Source: the human T2T-CHM13v2.0 reference genome, Homo sapiens. From it: DNA of 64,000 nucleotides. Below are positions 17,224-30,157 of this stretch, in pieces; the first letter of the stretch is position 1, and every line of letters begins with the position of its first letter. Where the stretch lies: assembly GCF_009914755.1 (NCBI RefSeq), contig NC_060932.1; one strand, given 5' to 3'. The position numbers and the translations under genes were made by a program. The notes below the pieces were generated by a model, which saw only the letters and a program-made list of their open reading frames with translations, had not been told where the DNA came from and searched no databases.

Positions 17224-17781
17224 TGTGCAGGAGAGTTAACATGGCAGGGCTAATGTCTCTCCTTTGAAAGGCCCACTGGCAAGGCTGGCCCTTGCCTTGT
17301 GTCTGCGAACTGAGAATTGGGAGTGTTCCTACCATTCTTGAAATGATACCAACAAGCTCAATGTGCCTAAACTGTTTATACAGACGATGGTGGTTTGTGC
17401 TGAACACCTGCTTTCCTTCTGGAAGTCTGGAATTTGGTTATGTCCTAGGCAAGGGATGGCTGTAAGCCCAGGCCCCGATAAAATACCCCTGGGCTCTGAG
17501 TCTCAAATTAGCATCCCTGATTGGCAGCATTTCCCACGTGGTGTTAAAAGCTCATTTCTGGGGAGTCAAACACACCCTGTGTGACTCCACTGGGAAAGTA
17601 CCCTGAAATCTTGTACTTGGTTTCCCCCGACTTTCCCCCAATGTCCTTTTCACTTTGATGATTTTCCTTGAGCCCTGCTTCTGTAATCCATCTTAGCCAT
17701 GAGTACAGCTATGTGCTGAGTCCTGTGGGTCCTCCTAGCAAATCATCAAACCTGGGGGGTGTTTTGGGAACCCATGGCCCA
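17224..17781 (+). mobile_element. ERVL-type solo LTR (MER68-like)
   Basis: Start 'tgtgcaggagagttaacatggcaggg...aaggctggcccttg'; 3' part 'tatgtgctgagtcctgtgggtcctcctagcaaatcatcaaacctggggg' is typical of MER68/MER21/MER77. Confidence 0.75.
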
Positions 17782-19089
17782 CTACGACATTTAGGCTTCT
17801 GAGAAGCTACGTTTTTATATTTGGCAAAGCATCTTTGGAATTTCATATATAAGAAGAAAACTTTATGTGCCAGATAGTCACTACTTCCCCATCCTCTGTC
17901 CCTGCTAATAGAAGTGGCTGTACCTCTAACAGGCCCGGCAAAAGGCTTGCCCATGGGGCGTGTTTGGGCAGTCCTACCACTATGAACTGCCCGCAGCTCA
18001 CTGACCTAAGGGTGGAAACCTGACTCAAGCTGAGTCCATCAGATTTTCTTCCCCCAAATTTGAATGAGGGTGCTGAGAGGCTGAGTCTACCAGTTAGACC
18101 TTGGAGAAATGCTGACGATCATGATCGTTTTCTTTCTGCTTGTCTTTATGCTGCCTAATGGAATAGTGCAGTTTAAGTGTCTGCCTTAGGAAGGGCTTCA
18201 TTATCCCTCAACTTGCTTCTGTTCCCCTGCTTTGCAGAATGGTTCCTCCTTGTATTTGCCCAATTTAATATTCTTTACATATCACTGAACTTGCCTATTC
18301 AAAATCTCTCCCCTCTCCTCTGTGAGGCAAAGAGGGCCCAAGCATATGTTGTTTCTCCTGGCACCCTTGAGGCCGAGTACTGGTCAAACTCATATTAGGA
18401 ACTAAATAAATGCTTGACAGTAAATGATTGAATAATGCCTGTCCTCAGGGCTAATCCTGGGTGTTAAGATCAGACTTAAGGTGTTAAAATATTTTTTAAG
18501 AAAAAAAAAAGTGAGCTAAAGTCTAGCACCACAAAACTTATACTATGGACAGGAAATATTTCAGCTGATACTCTAGGTAGAATCAGTGTTGGGGATTTTC
18601 AGCCCTGTTAAGTATAGCTAGTGGCTTTTAAAACAAGTGAAAAAATAACATATTAGAGAATGCACAGGTCTAGCATTTACAGAGAGAGGGTGGCTTTCAG
18701 TAAATTTAAGTTCATAAACTAAATGATCTGGAATTCTTTTACATGCCTCTGCTGATTACAATGGAATAGTAATCAGTGTGTCCAATGTGTCAGGCTCTGT
18801 CCTGAAATTTACCATGAAAAGGCATCTAAACTGATAAATATTGGTGTCCTATGGTGTCAGGGGCATCTCTCTAACTAGGCGAGCAGGAAATGCAAGGCAG
18901 CCTCACCTATCCTTGCCAGAGGAAGCTGTGCTTTTGATTACATGGAAATCCAGAACCTTGGCTTCTAACTCATCACTCAGAGGAGTGAATGAATTATATT
19001 ATGTAGAAGTTTTCTTTATAAACCTTTAACTTGCAATTATTTTCTTGCCCCTGTTGGATTATTTTAGTTCTCTTTTGCAGTTTTATTTC

Positions 19090-19250
19090 TTCATTCATCA
19101 TTTATTTGGCTCTTGTTACAACCAGGTACTGCTTGGGACACTGGAGTTATAGCAGTAAACAAGACAGACACTCCCTGAATGTAATAAGGCTTACTCTCTA
19201 GTAGAAAAAGATAGAAGTAAATAAGTGAAAAATAAGCAGGATTAATTTAT
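19090..19250 (-). mobile_element. L2 3' fragment
   Basis: 'ttcattcatcatttatt...ccaggtactgcttgggacactggagttatagcagtaaacaagacagaca'. Confidence 0.6.
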
Positions 19251-21624
19251 AAAGAAAATTGAAAAATTTGATATAAAAAATGTGACTTCTGAGACAAGAA
19301 TTGACAAAATACTACTTTTCTAATATCCATAAAGAATTACAGGAGAGCATTGCTGTGTTCATCTCTGCTTAACATAATATTTCTAATAAGGTTTCATGGT
19401 TTTTACAATAACAGAGAACAGCTAATTGTACTTCAACCATAGGCAAAATTAAGTTAACTCATGCTATGATTGTTAATCTTCTTAAGCAATTGCTTAAATA
19501 TTAATTGACGGCAAGGGGTCAGGATACAGAGTCATGCTGCCAGACTCCAGGGAGAATACAGTAACTTAATAGCAATTTACCATCTAATATGATTAAATTT
19601 GACTTTCTATTCCAGAACTGCAGCAACATAATGCCTTCCTTTGCCACATTTAATGATATGTGTCTGAGAAATACTGTTTATCATTACTGAGTTTTTTCAT
19701 TAAATTTATTGACATAACCTTTCCTTAGCAATGAACACAATCAGTTATAATTACTTAGGATCTTTTTTCTTATAAAGTTTCAAAATTTTAGCTTGCATCA
19801 AATTATATAATTAACGTCAACAATAATATCATACAATGCCTGTTTCTACTGAAATAAACATTTTAGTGAAAAATGGGAATAGATGGTCTGTCCTAATTTA
19901 GTTTTTTTGCTATTATTAATTTTTTAGCTCTCCAGATTTAGAATTTTTATTACTTTATTTTTCATTACTTTGTAATGGAGAAGAGTGGGAAACAGAAGCG
20001 ATCACAATCCCTTCCATCCCATAGCAGTGTGTGCTTCACCTGAGGCCAATGGACCTCCTGTGATGTGGCTGAACTAAATAAAATCTTTAATCTATTGTAG
20101 AAGAGTGGAAAAGAGGTGGCCCTCCCAATTTCTATTTGTCACCTATCACACATCACAAGCCTTGTAAGTTACATCAACACCATTTTCCACTGAAATCTGC
20201 CCTAATGTTTCAGTGCACTGGGGAGCCTGGAAATATGTTTTGAACATTTAGACACCTTTTCCCAAGGATAGGAAGACAATTCCAATCTCCCAGGTGGCAC
20301 TATTGGAGCTATCCTTGATTCTTCTCTCTCTTTTGCTCTTCATTCAGCCACCACGCCCTATTCCCTGCACAGCAGATCTCAGTTGCTTTTTTCCTTTGTT
20401 CTCATTTTCCGTGCTCCCAGTTCCTCCTCCTGCCTTCAGTCTCTCATCTTCAAGTCAACCTATGGGATGGAAAGGAAAAGGGAAGGCAGGGAAAGAAGAG
20501 TGGAGTGCTGCACTTCATTTAACAAAAAGAATTCTCTTGAGAATTTAGATAAATGTAGGACTTAGAGCCACAATGAAACAATAAACACTTTCTTGTTAAT
20601 GAGTAAGTGTGTGGCTTGTTAATGAGTAAGTGTGTGGCTGATGAAGTGGCCACAGATGTCCCTTTTCAGTCCTTAGTGTCACCCTCACTCTCTAGGAGGC
20701 AAAGTTCCAGTAAAAACGGAGACACTTAAACTGAAGCACAAAACAGATCCTGCCCAGATAAGAATGTGGCTCATCACTAGTGACAATAACAAGAAAAACT
20801 GAGAGATCTTTGCAAACAAAGAGGAAAACAATGCTATATCATTTATTCTAATTCAGGTTGAGCCAAACTCAACATTCTTATTAAAATTCTTTTTACATCT
20901 TTAAAATGAATGGTGCTTCCAAGGTTAGAGAGAAATATGCATGCGATTAATTTTCAAACATCAACAGATGTTTGTGAATTATTCAATCCCATTTTTAAAC
21001 CTGGTTTTGTCCACTATTTCACACATCTCACAAAAAGAGTTGAAGCCAGGAAATGGATGTATAATTGTGAAAGTTTTAATGGGGACACAGATGGAGCTAC
21101 ATTGCTACATGAACATGTGGGATAATCTTCAGTTTCAATTCCTCATTTTTTATTCATATTCTCCATTATTTCTGATAATTAAGAATTGTTTTACAGTAAT
21201 AAGCGATAGAGTAGCATTGAAGTGATCAAGGAATTAGTCCTTTTCTTTGACTAGCAGTGTGATTCTGGGCAACTCAACTCATGGACTTGAGTCCTTTGCC
21301 ACTGAAGTTGGGGCTGTCCGCATGGGGTGGTTTGGATGGGCTGAGCCACAGCTGAAGGCAAAGGCAGGCATCTTCCTACAAGACAGTCAATGGGCAAGAT
21401 GTGGGCATCTGTAGACGGTATGTCCTCTACAGATGGCTGTGAAGCAAGTTCCTAACTGAGCTCTGCAGTGCAGGACTGCTGTGGAACTCACTACAATGGA
21501 TACTGAATGATTGTGTCCACCCCCCAAATTCATATGTTGAAGTTGCAACCCCCCTGATGCAACTGTATTTGTAAACGGAGTTTTTAAGGAGATAAAGTTA
21601 AATGAGATAATAACAGCAGTGCCC

Positions 21625-21994
21625 TGTACTAGTCTGCTTGGGCTGCTATAACAAAACACCACAGACTGGGTGGTTTAAATGACAGAAATTTATTTGTCAT
21701 AGTTCTGGAGTCTGGAAAGTACAAGATCAAGGTGCCAGCTGATTCCATTTCTAGTGAAGGTTCTCTTCTTACCTTGCAGATGGCCACCTCCTTACTGTGC
21801 CCTCATGTGGCAGGCAGAGAAAGCTTTGGTGTTTCTTTTTTTCCAAGGACACTAGTCCTATTAGTTCAGGGCCACATCCTTATCAACTCATTGAACCTTA
21901 CTTACCTCCTTGTAGGCCCTATCTCCAAATGCAGTCAAATTTAGTTAGGGCTTCAACGTAAGAATTTTGGGAGGACACAATTTAGTTTACAGCA
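21625..21994 (-). mobile_element. MaLR LTR (MLT1A-like), nested in opposite orientation
   Basis: TG...CA ends; 5-bp TSD tgccc (21620-21624) / cgccc (21995-21999). Confidence 0.85.
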
Positions 21995-22096
21995 CGCCCT
22001 GATCCAATAGAATTAGTGTCCTTATAAGAAGAGACATAAAAGAGCTTGCTCTTTCTTGTTCTTTCCATGCATGCACACTGAGGAAAGGCCCCGTGA

Positions 22097-22516
<420 letters not shown>

Positions 22517-22943
22517 CAGCCTATGTATTTTTTAATGGCCGCCCCAGAAGACTAATATAGATATATGGATGATTTTCTTGGTGTAGCCCAAGTGGTGGGT
22601 GCTGGCCATAGATTATCTCACAGAGCTGCACAGTCTCTGATGCTGATGCCCTTTTCTGCCTGAGGTCCCTCATGATCCACATGTGGCTTGGTCTCTCCTC
22701 TTGTCTCTTTCATCTCCCAACCCTTCCAAACTGGCCAACCCTAATCCCTTCCTCCAGAATCATCTGATTCTCTATCAATTCTCTTAACTATTGTTTGTTT
22801 TTAACTGTATGTGACACGTGCTTTTGTAGGGCATTATCTTTTAATTAACACATACACCTTTTCTCTAAAAAGAGGCTCTCTCTTGTAATTTGGAAAATCT
22901 CTGATGTATATTATATTGTCTCTCATATGAATATTGACCCTTC

Positions 22944-23243
22944 TTTTTGAGACAGGTTATTACTCTGTCACCTATGCTGGAGTGCAGTGGTGCAATCTTG
23001 GCTCAATGCAGCCTTGACTTCCTGGGTTCAAGTAGTCCTCCCACCTCAGACTCCCAAGTACCTGGGACTACAGGCACATGTCATCATGCCTGGCTAATTT
23101 TTTTTTTTTTTTTGTATTTTTGTAGAGACAAGAGTTTTGCCATGTTGCCCAGGCTGGTCCTGAACTTCTGGGCTCAAGCAAGCAATCTGCACTACTCGGC
23201 CTCCACCATGCTGGGACTACAGGCATAAGCCACATGCCCAGCC
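22944..23243 (-). mobile_element. AluJ-like
   Basis: 'gcagccttgacttcctgggttcaagtagtcctcccacctcag', 'ctgggctcaagc' show AluJ diagnostics. Confidence 0.92.
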
Positions 23244-23947
23244 AACTCTTTCTTTTTGCCCAGCCAACTCTTTCTTTTTGCATTTCTACTAGGACAATAC
23301 TGTTTCTCCCCATCCCAACACATGCCTATGGCTAAAAATAGGGAGTCTCTCCATCAAGAATTTGTGAATAAAAATAGTACCTTAGTATATTTGAATATGT
23401 TATTTCCTTTCTTCTAATACTTGGAAGAAAAAAAAAAAACCTGATCTGCAAAGACTTGCAGGCTAGAAGGGACAATACACAAACACAGAAACAACTATGC
23501 CAAACAAAGAAAGGGATTAATGCTGAAAAAGAAGTTCAATTACCCTAAAATAGGAAACTAATTAAGGTTAGGAAGCTTGGGAAATGTTGCCTAGGAAATG
23601 TATTATTTCACTTATACTTTGAAAAATGAATAGGAGTTTGAAAATGGGACATGATAAAATAAGGCCTCCTAGGAGAATATATATATATAAGTGAAACTGT
23701 TCTTAAATATTTAAGATGAAATGTTCTATAAATGTGCTTATTATAAATACGTCCATTCTTTTATTTAAAGCAGTTTTATCTGGAATCCCAGTTGGAAACA
23801 GTCTGTTAGTTGCTGTTTATTTACTTATCACTTGTACTTGGAAGTTTAGAGAAAGCTCTTTACTTATTTAAGACATTCTTATTCAGGCATTTCATTAATC
23901 CATATTTCTTTTCTTCACATGCTCAGTAAATTAAAGTAAGATTTAAC

Positions 23948-24909
23948 AGGCAGCCTGCAAAATGGGAGAAAGTATTTGCAAACTACGCATTTGACAAAGG
24001 TTTAATATCCAAAACCTACAAGGAACTTAAACAACTCAACAAATAAAAAACAAATAACCCCAGTAAAAAGAGGGCAAAGGATATGAACAGACACTTCTCA
24101 AAAGAAGACACAAAAGTGGCCAAAAAACATGAAAAAATGCTCAGCATCAGTAATCATCAGAGAAATGCAAATTGAGACCACAATGAGATACCATCTCCCA
24201 TCAGTCAGAATGGATATTATTAAAAAGTCAAAAAACAACAGATGCTGGAGAAGCTGCAGAGAAAAGGGGTTATTTATCCACTGCTAGTAGGAAGGTAAAT
24301 TAGTTCAGCCACTGTGGAAAGCAGTTTGGAAATTTTTCAAAGAAATTAAAACAGAGCTATCATTCAACCCAGCAATCTCATTACTGAGCATATACCCAAG
24401 GAAAACAAGTTGTTCTACAAAAAAAGACACATGCCCTTGTATGTTCATTGCAGCACTATTCACAATAGCAAAGACGTGGACTGAACCCACATACCCATCA
24501 ATGGTGGACTGGATACAGATAATGTGGTACATATATACATGAAATACTGTGTAGCCATAGAAAAAGAAATAATGTCCTTTGCAGCAACACAGATGCAGCT
24601 GGAGGCCATTATCCTAAGCAAGTTAATGCAGGTACAAAAAACCAAATACCACATGTTCTTAGTTATAAGTGGAAGCTAAACACTGGGTACACATTGAACA
24701 TAAAGATGGGAACAATAGACGCTGCAGAACACTAGATGGGGGAGGATAAGAGGGGAGTAGGGGATGAAAAACTACCTGTTGGACACTATGCCCACTACCT
24801 GGGTGCCAGGATCATTTATACCCCAAACCTCAGTGTCACGAAATAAACTCATGTAACAAACCTGCACATGTACCTTCTAAATCTAAAATAAAATTTGAAA
24901 TTATGAAGA
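23948..24909 (+). mobile_element. 5'-truncated LINE-1 3' end (L1PA13-16-like)
   Basis: ORF2 C-terminal and 3' UTR sequence; TSD aaagtaagatttaac (23933-23947) / aaagtaagacttgac (24910-24924). Confidence 0.92.
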
Positions 24910-25882
24910 AAAGTAAGACTTGACTTCAGTAAGAGAGGAATTTTTCCACCTGTGCTCAAGATACTCTACCACAAATTTTTTCAGGAAAGCGAGTCCTTGC
25001 TATCAGTTTTTGTTGGAATAGAATCTAAAGCTCATGATCCAAAGACTAGAGAGACTCAGTCAAGTTATCTCAAGCAATGGGAGCAGGAGGATGGTTAATG
25101 GGAGATGATATGAGCACAGGACCAAGGAAATCCCAAACAACAAGGTCCTAGGAAAAGCACACCATGGCTCTACATTCAACTGCTCCACTGTCATGGGCCT
25201 CAGCTACACTCTAATGAGATGGCTCAAATTCTCAGCCTCTATCCACAGCCTGCATCTGGTTTTCATGGTTTCTACTTCCTCATCACTTCAGCTTCCACAT
25301 GACAACTTCTCTAGTTCCCGTCTATATCATAGGCTCTTCTTGCTATCATGCTAACTTCTCGTCTATTTTTTCTCTTTAATTTGAATTATTGAAAGAAAAA
25401 ATGTATTTGGTTTTGCTAATCATTCTCTACCAGGTCCCATCTTGTTTTTCAGGCATACTCTACTGACAGCCAGCCCTTGTGTGAGAAGTCTATTTCTGGT
25501 ACACTCAACTTGACTCTGGGTGATGGGAAGTAAGGGTTCCCTGGCCTTTATAGGGCTTTCTTTTTAGTAGAGGGTGGAGATTATTTGACTTGGAATGGAG
25601 TTTAGTCTGAAAAGTGATTGACATCTTTGGCACAACAACAGAAATATTGAGTAACTAAGAATGAAACATTAAACTTTTCTGTCTCACAGATCTGGTTTAG
25701 TTAAAGAAGCCAAAGAATTCTAACAGGAAACAAGTAAAGCTGCTCAATCTCATGCAAACATATGTCATCCTAACATCATCATAATTTGCTTCAAAGTCAA
25801 CCTCTTTTAGGTTTAAATACAAAATTGAAGCTAGTATTGGGTGTTGTTTCTTGTTATTTTATATTAGTAAGTTCTAGCCAAT

Positions 25883-25885
<3 letters not shown>

Positions 25886-25913
<28 letters not shown>
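25886..25913. repeat. (GA)n microsatellite
   Basis: Perfect GA run. Confidence 0.95.
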
Positions 25914-25914
<1 letters not shown>

Positions 25915-26529
25915 ACTGGGTTTCTGTGTTCTTTGCTTAAAACACAATCTGCTTTGTTTTTCTTAAACTTAGAAAGATTGCTCAAATTCCATAGCAGTTC
26001 CCTCCCTTATGCTATGCATAATATCAAGTAAGTATACTATATATTTAGAGGGCAATCATGCCAGGGCTTGGCTTATTTTTTTAGTGATGTATTTTTACTT
26101 CATATTGAAATTTAAGAGAAAGTCTACAGAATAAATATATTATACATAACAAGCTTTATATTTTATTTTCATTTTAGAAGAAGCTTTATATTGCTGCATT
26201 GCCAGAAGTAAAAGAGAATTGCATTTAGATCAGAAATGTGAATTCATGAACTGATTTTGCCACTAACCACTTCTGTGCCTGTGGCCATTTCCTGTGCCAC
26301 AGCTTCCTCAACTCTACAATGACGGGATTGGACCAATTGGCCTGGGAGCTCACTTCCTGCCCCGAGAGAGGCCAATGTGAGCAAAGAGATGAACTGTATC
26401 AGTTCTCCCAAGCTCTCTTGTGCAGCTCAGCTCACTCATGCATACATGTGAGGATGAAGAATACTTCATTCTCAGAAATCTATGAATTGTTTTATTGTAT
26501 ACATATTTTCAAAATCATTGCTGACTTTT

Positions 26530-26820
26530 GCTAAATGAAAGCCGCCAGACTTAAAGCTACATACTGTATGATTCCATTTAAACAACATTCTGGTAAAGGC
26601 AAAAACTTAGGTACGGAGAATAGATTAGTGGTTGCAAGTGGCTTAGGGACTGGGAGATGTTTGACTACAAATGGGGAGCACAAAAAAATTTCAAGAGTTG
26701 CGGGAACTTTTCTGTCTTGATTACAGTGGCAGTTACATGACTATGCATGTGTTGAAACTCACAACTATATCCCAATAAAGTAACTTCTACTGTGTGTAAA
26801 TTATGCAGTAAAGTTTAAAA
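26530..26820 (+). mobile_element. L1M (L1MB-ME type) 3' UTR fragment
   Basis: 'tacatactgtatgattccattta...aaaggcaaaa...agattagtggttgc'. Confidence 0.75.
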
Positions 26821-27814
26821 ATTCATTCCTGGTCAATATTTCCTTACACGTAAATATCAATATGTAAAAATTAATAACCCACCTTTGGTACAAAATGCTG
26901 TGCCCTCAGTGATAACACAGCTATTTTTTCTTTATCACCAGCCAGATGGTTTCATTTGTAGTGCTCTCCTAAGTCTCCAACACTGACCTATTTTTTAAGG
27001 CAGAATTTAGAATTCCTGCTGTTCAAGGTAATGAGGTAGAATCATCTTGCCTCTCAGGGCGTGAGTCTGGCTGACCAACGAACCTGCCATTAGACTGTCG
27101 GCAATGACACCATAACCTCAAGTGCTGCCATTTCCCATTCGGGCACAGATTGAATGGTGGAATGATTACCACAGGTGAAGACTGCTGATTGGGACCAAAG
27201 AGGAGAAAAACAGTAATTGACAAAAGCAAAGTTTTTTTTTTTTTCTGTAATCAAAGTAAGAAGATGGTTCAAGAATAACAGAGAGTAGGAAGCTCTCTTT
27301 GGTATATTGACGTTGTTTTGAAGTTTTCAGAGGTTTTCAGAGTCACTGTCACAGCACGGGGAGTGGGTGCCAATTTTGATGGGAGATTTAACCTTTTCCT
27401 GGAAAATCAGATGTTAAGGGTGAACTACACATCATATCCTGTTGCTTTGCCTTGTTGCTGTATGGCAAATCCTGTGTTGTCCAGTTAACTTTCTCTCTGA
27501 GCTCATCATACACTGTTCTTCCATGGGATTTTGCCAGTGTGTGGCTGAATCACACTTAGACATCTATCCTGATTCATCATGGAATGCCCTGTGATGACGT
27601 GAGAGACAGAAGGAGGGAGGAAGGGAGACAGAGAGAGAGAGAGAGAAACGAAAATAAGAAGACCTGTGTCTTGTCTCAACTCAGCTTCTGACTGGTTATA
27701 ATTCTTGGGATGAATCCCTAAATTTCTGTGAGTCCATTTTCCTATCATTCAAAATTGAAGGAAATAATAATTGTTGTGCTTCCCTGCAATATATTTAAAA
27801 GTATATTAAAAATA

Positions 27815-28145
<331 letters not shown>

Positions 28146-29763
28146 TTACAATTGTCACCTGCTTGTTGTTGTTGCTATTATAACAGGTATTAAGAGTGGT
28201 ATGAAGAAAATAAAGTAATTCTCTCTGTCCCTTAGACTTGCCATGAAGAGTCCGAACAATTGACCACATGCCCAATGCTCCATTTTCCTTCCTTAGATTC
28301 AGGCCCTGGGACTGCACACTCATGCTACAGCAGCAGCTCTAGTCTTGCAAGAGGATCTCCCCAGGCCTGCCACTATTTTTTCACCCCCAAATCACCATTT
28401 TGAGATCCTAACATTGAGGATCCTCCTGACCTTCTCCCGCTGAGAATCCTTCTTGGGTTTTAGTTTGCCTGCCCAGGATAATACTCAAGCTCCTAAGTCA
28501 TTTCATAAAGTCAAGCACCTAAATCCAATAACAGTTATCTCTATTTCCTGTCATGTGACAGATTTGCCAAGAATCAGAATTATCTCTAATTCTCAGGGTT
28601 TCATAAATGCTTTTTAAAATACAGAATATATGTAAAATTAATAAGCATTCTAGCAATCCAGAAAATCCAGTTTTTAGACTTCAGATTTAATTTCCATAAT
28701 TTGCCTTCCCATAGACCCTTCACAGAAGCATTTACTCTGAAAAAAATCACAATCATGATTTATCTTAAATGCATCTTTATTCAAGTAATTTCTCATAATA
28801 TTCACCAAATTCAAGATGAAGCATCAATTTGCTAAACTTAACTTGAATAATTGGGCACTCTTTCTTTTCAAGAATAAATTTAGAGAGATTTTAATGCAGC
28901 AATTAATTTTTTACTGCGAAAAAATATAGTTTTTCTTAAAAAATTAATGTTTAAAAGACAATATAAATGAATTGCAATATTAGACTCTAACCAAAGAAAT
29001 TAGCTTTTTAAAATTGCTCTGATGAAAATTTCTTTCATAAAAATTATATTTTGGGGGCTTGCTTTTTCTTCTAGATGTTTATTTCTCAAAATGATTTTCC
29101 AGACAAAATGAAACTGAGTGTGCCTTCTCCCTCTTTTTGACAGTTACACTGAGTGAAAATGACAATATTTATTAACACTTTGGCCTCCCTTGGGCTGTCC
29201 TTTCTGAATCAATTGTCATGATTTACGAGTAGAACACTATCTTGATTTTCCACTTTTCCCTGATTATTCTTTCAGTCATAGCGAAAACTTTGCTTCTATG
29301 GGAGATAATAACACTATCTCAGACAGCTCCCAAAACAAAGATCATTCAGAATTAACAGGATGACATGTAACCCCAACTTTTTCTCTTGCCCACCGAAAGC
29401 AGGGGATTATAAAGACCAAAGTAAATTTTAGCTTCTCCCCTCAATTTCTTGTGTTTCTAGATTTAGATATACTATAGATTTAATACCTTGATCTACATAC
29501 CAGAGTAAATAATTTACCTTTTAATGACATTAAAATTTTTGATATGTCATTTTCTAATTGCATATGTGTTGGCTTATCAAAATATGGTTGGCCTTAAGAT
29601 GAGTTTAGCTTTTGGTTTTTATTTGTTTGTTTTCAAATTATTTTTCTCTAAGTGCATGGGATTCCTTTCTAGTATGCCATAGAAGGAAGAGATTAATGAT
29701 TTGCTTCACGCTGTGCTAGAGTTGGTTTTTCAAGAGTTTTGGTTTGGTGAAGACATAATGTAA

Positions 29764-30157
29764 TGTATCAGCTTAGGTCCTCTGAGAAACAGACATTAAG
29801 GCAGAATTTCAAAACACGCAAAACACTTATGGGGAGGTGCCTGTAAAGGGGGGAGAGAGAGGTAGTAGGTGGGGAGAGTGGTGGTGGACACCCATGTAAG
29901 CATCAGATTGTGACACTTCCCTGAGAAGGTGTTAGCCAGGCCGAAGGGGAGCCCCTGAGCTTAGAAGGGCATCATGTCAGGAGGAAAAGGCTTGGCTCTG
30001 ACACTCTATCTCATTCTGGTATTTTCTGGGAGCAGCCCACGGGAAGTATGGCCTTGGCATGAGCCATAGCAGATTAAAGGTATAACAGCTCACAGTGCAC
30101 CTTGCAGGAGGTTCTTTTGGATGGAGATTAGAGTGGCATATCTTCGTAGCCACTGCA
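29764..30157 (-). mobile_element. Old MaLR LTR (MLT1J-like)
   Basis: 'tgtatcagcttaggtcctctgagaaacagac...ctgggagcagcccacgggaagtatggccttggc...gccactgca'. Confidence 0.6.

Noticed and set aside
18600-19900. AT-rich, homeodomain-motif-rich unique DNA resembling conserved developmental enhancers (similar at 27000-27300 and 31900-32650)
   Set aside because: This is an impression only. TAAT-type motifs are expected by chance at this AT content, and conservation cannot be seen in one sequence.
24990-25640. Possible very old MaLR LTR; other faint relics at ~10280-10510, 17860-18110, 33200-33380, 43530-43690, 46290-46560 and 57900-58950
   Set aside because: Too degenerate to assign a family or boundaries by eye.
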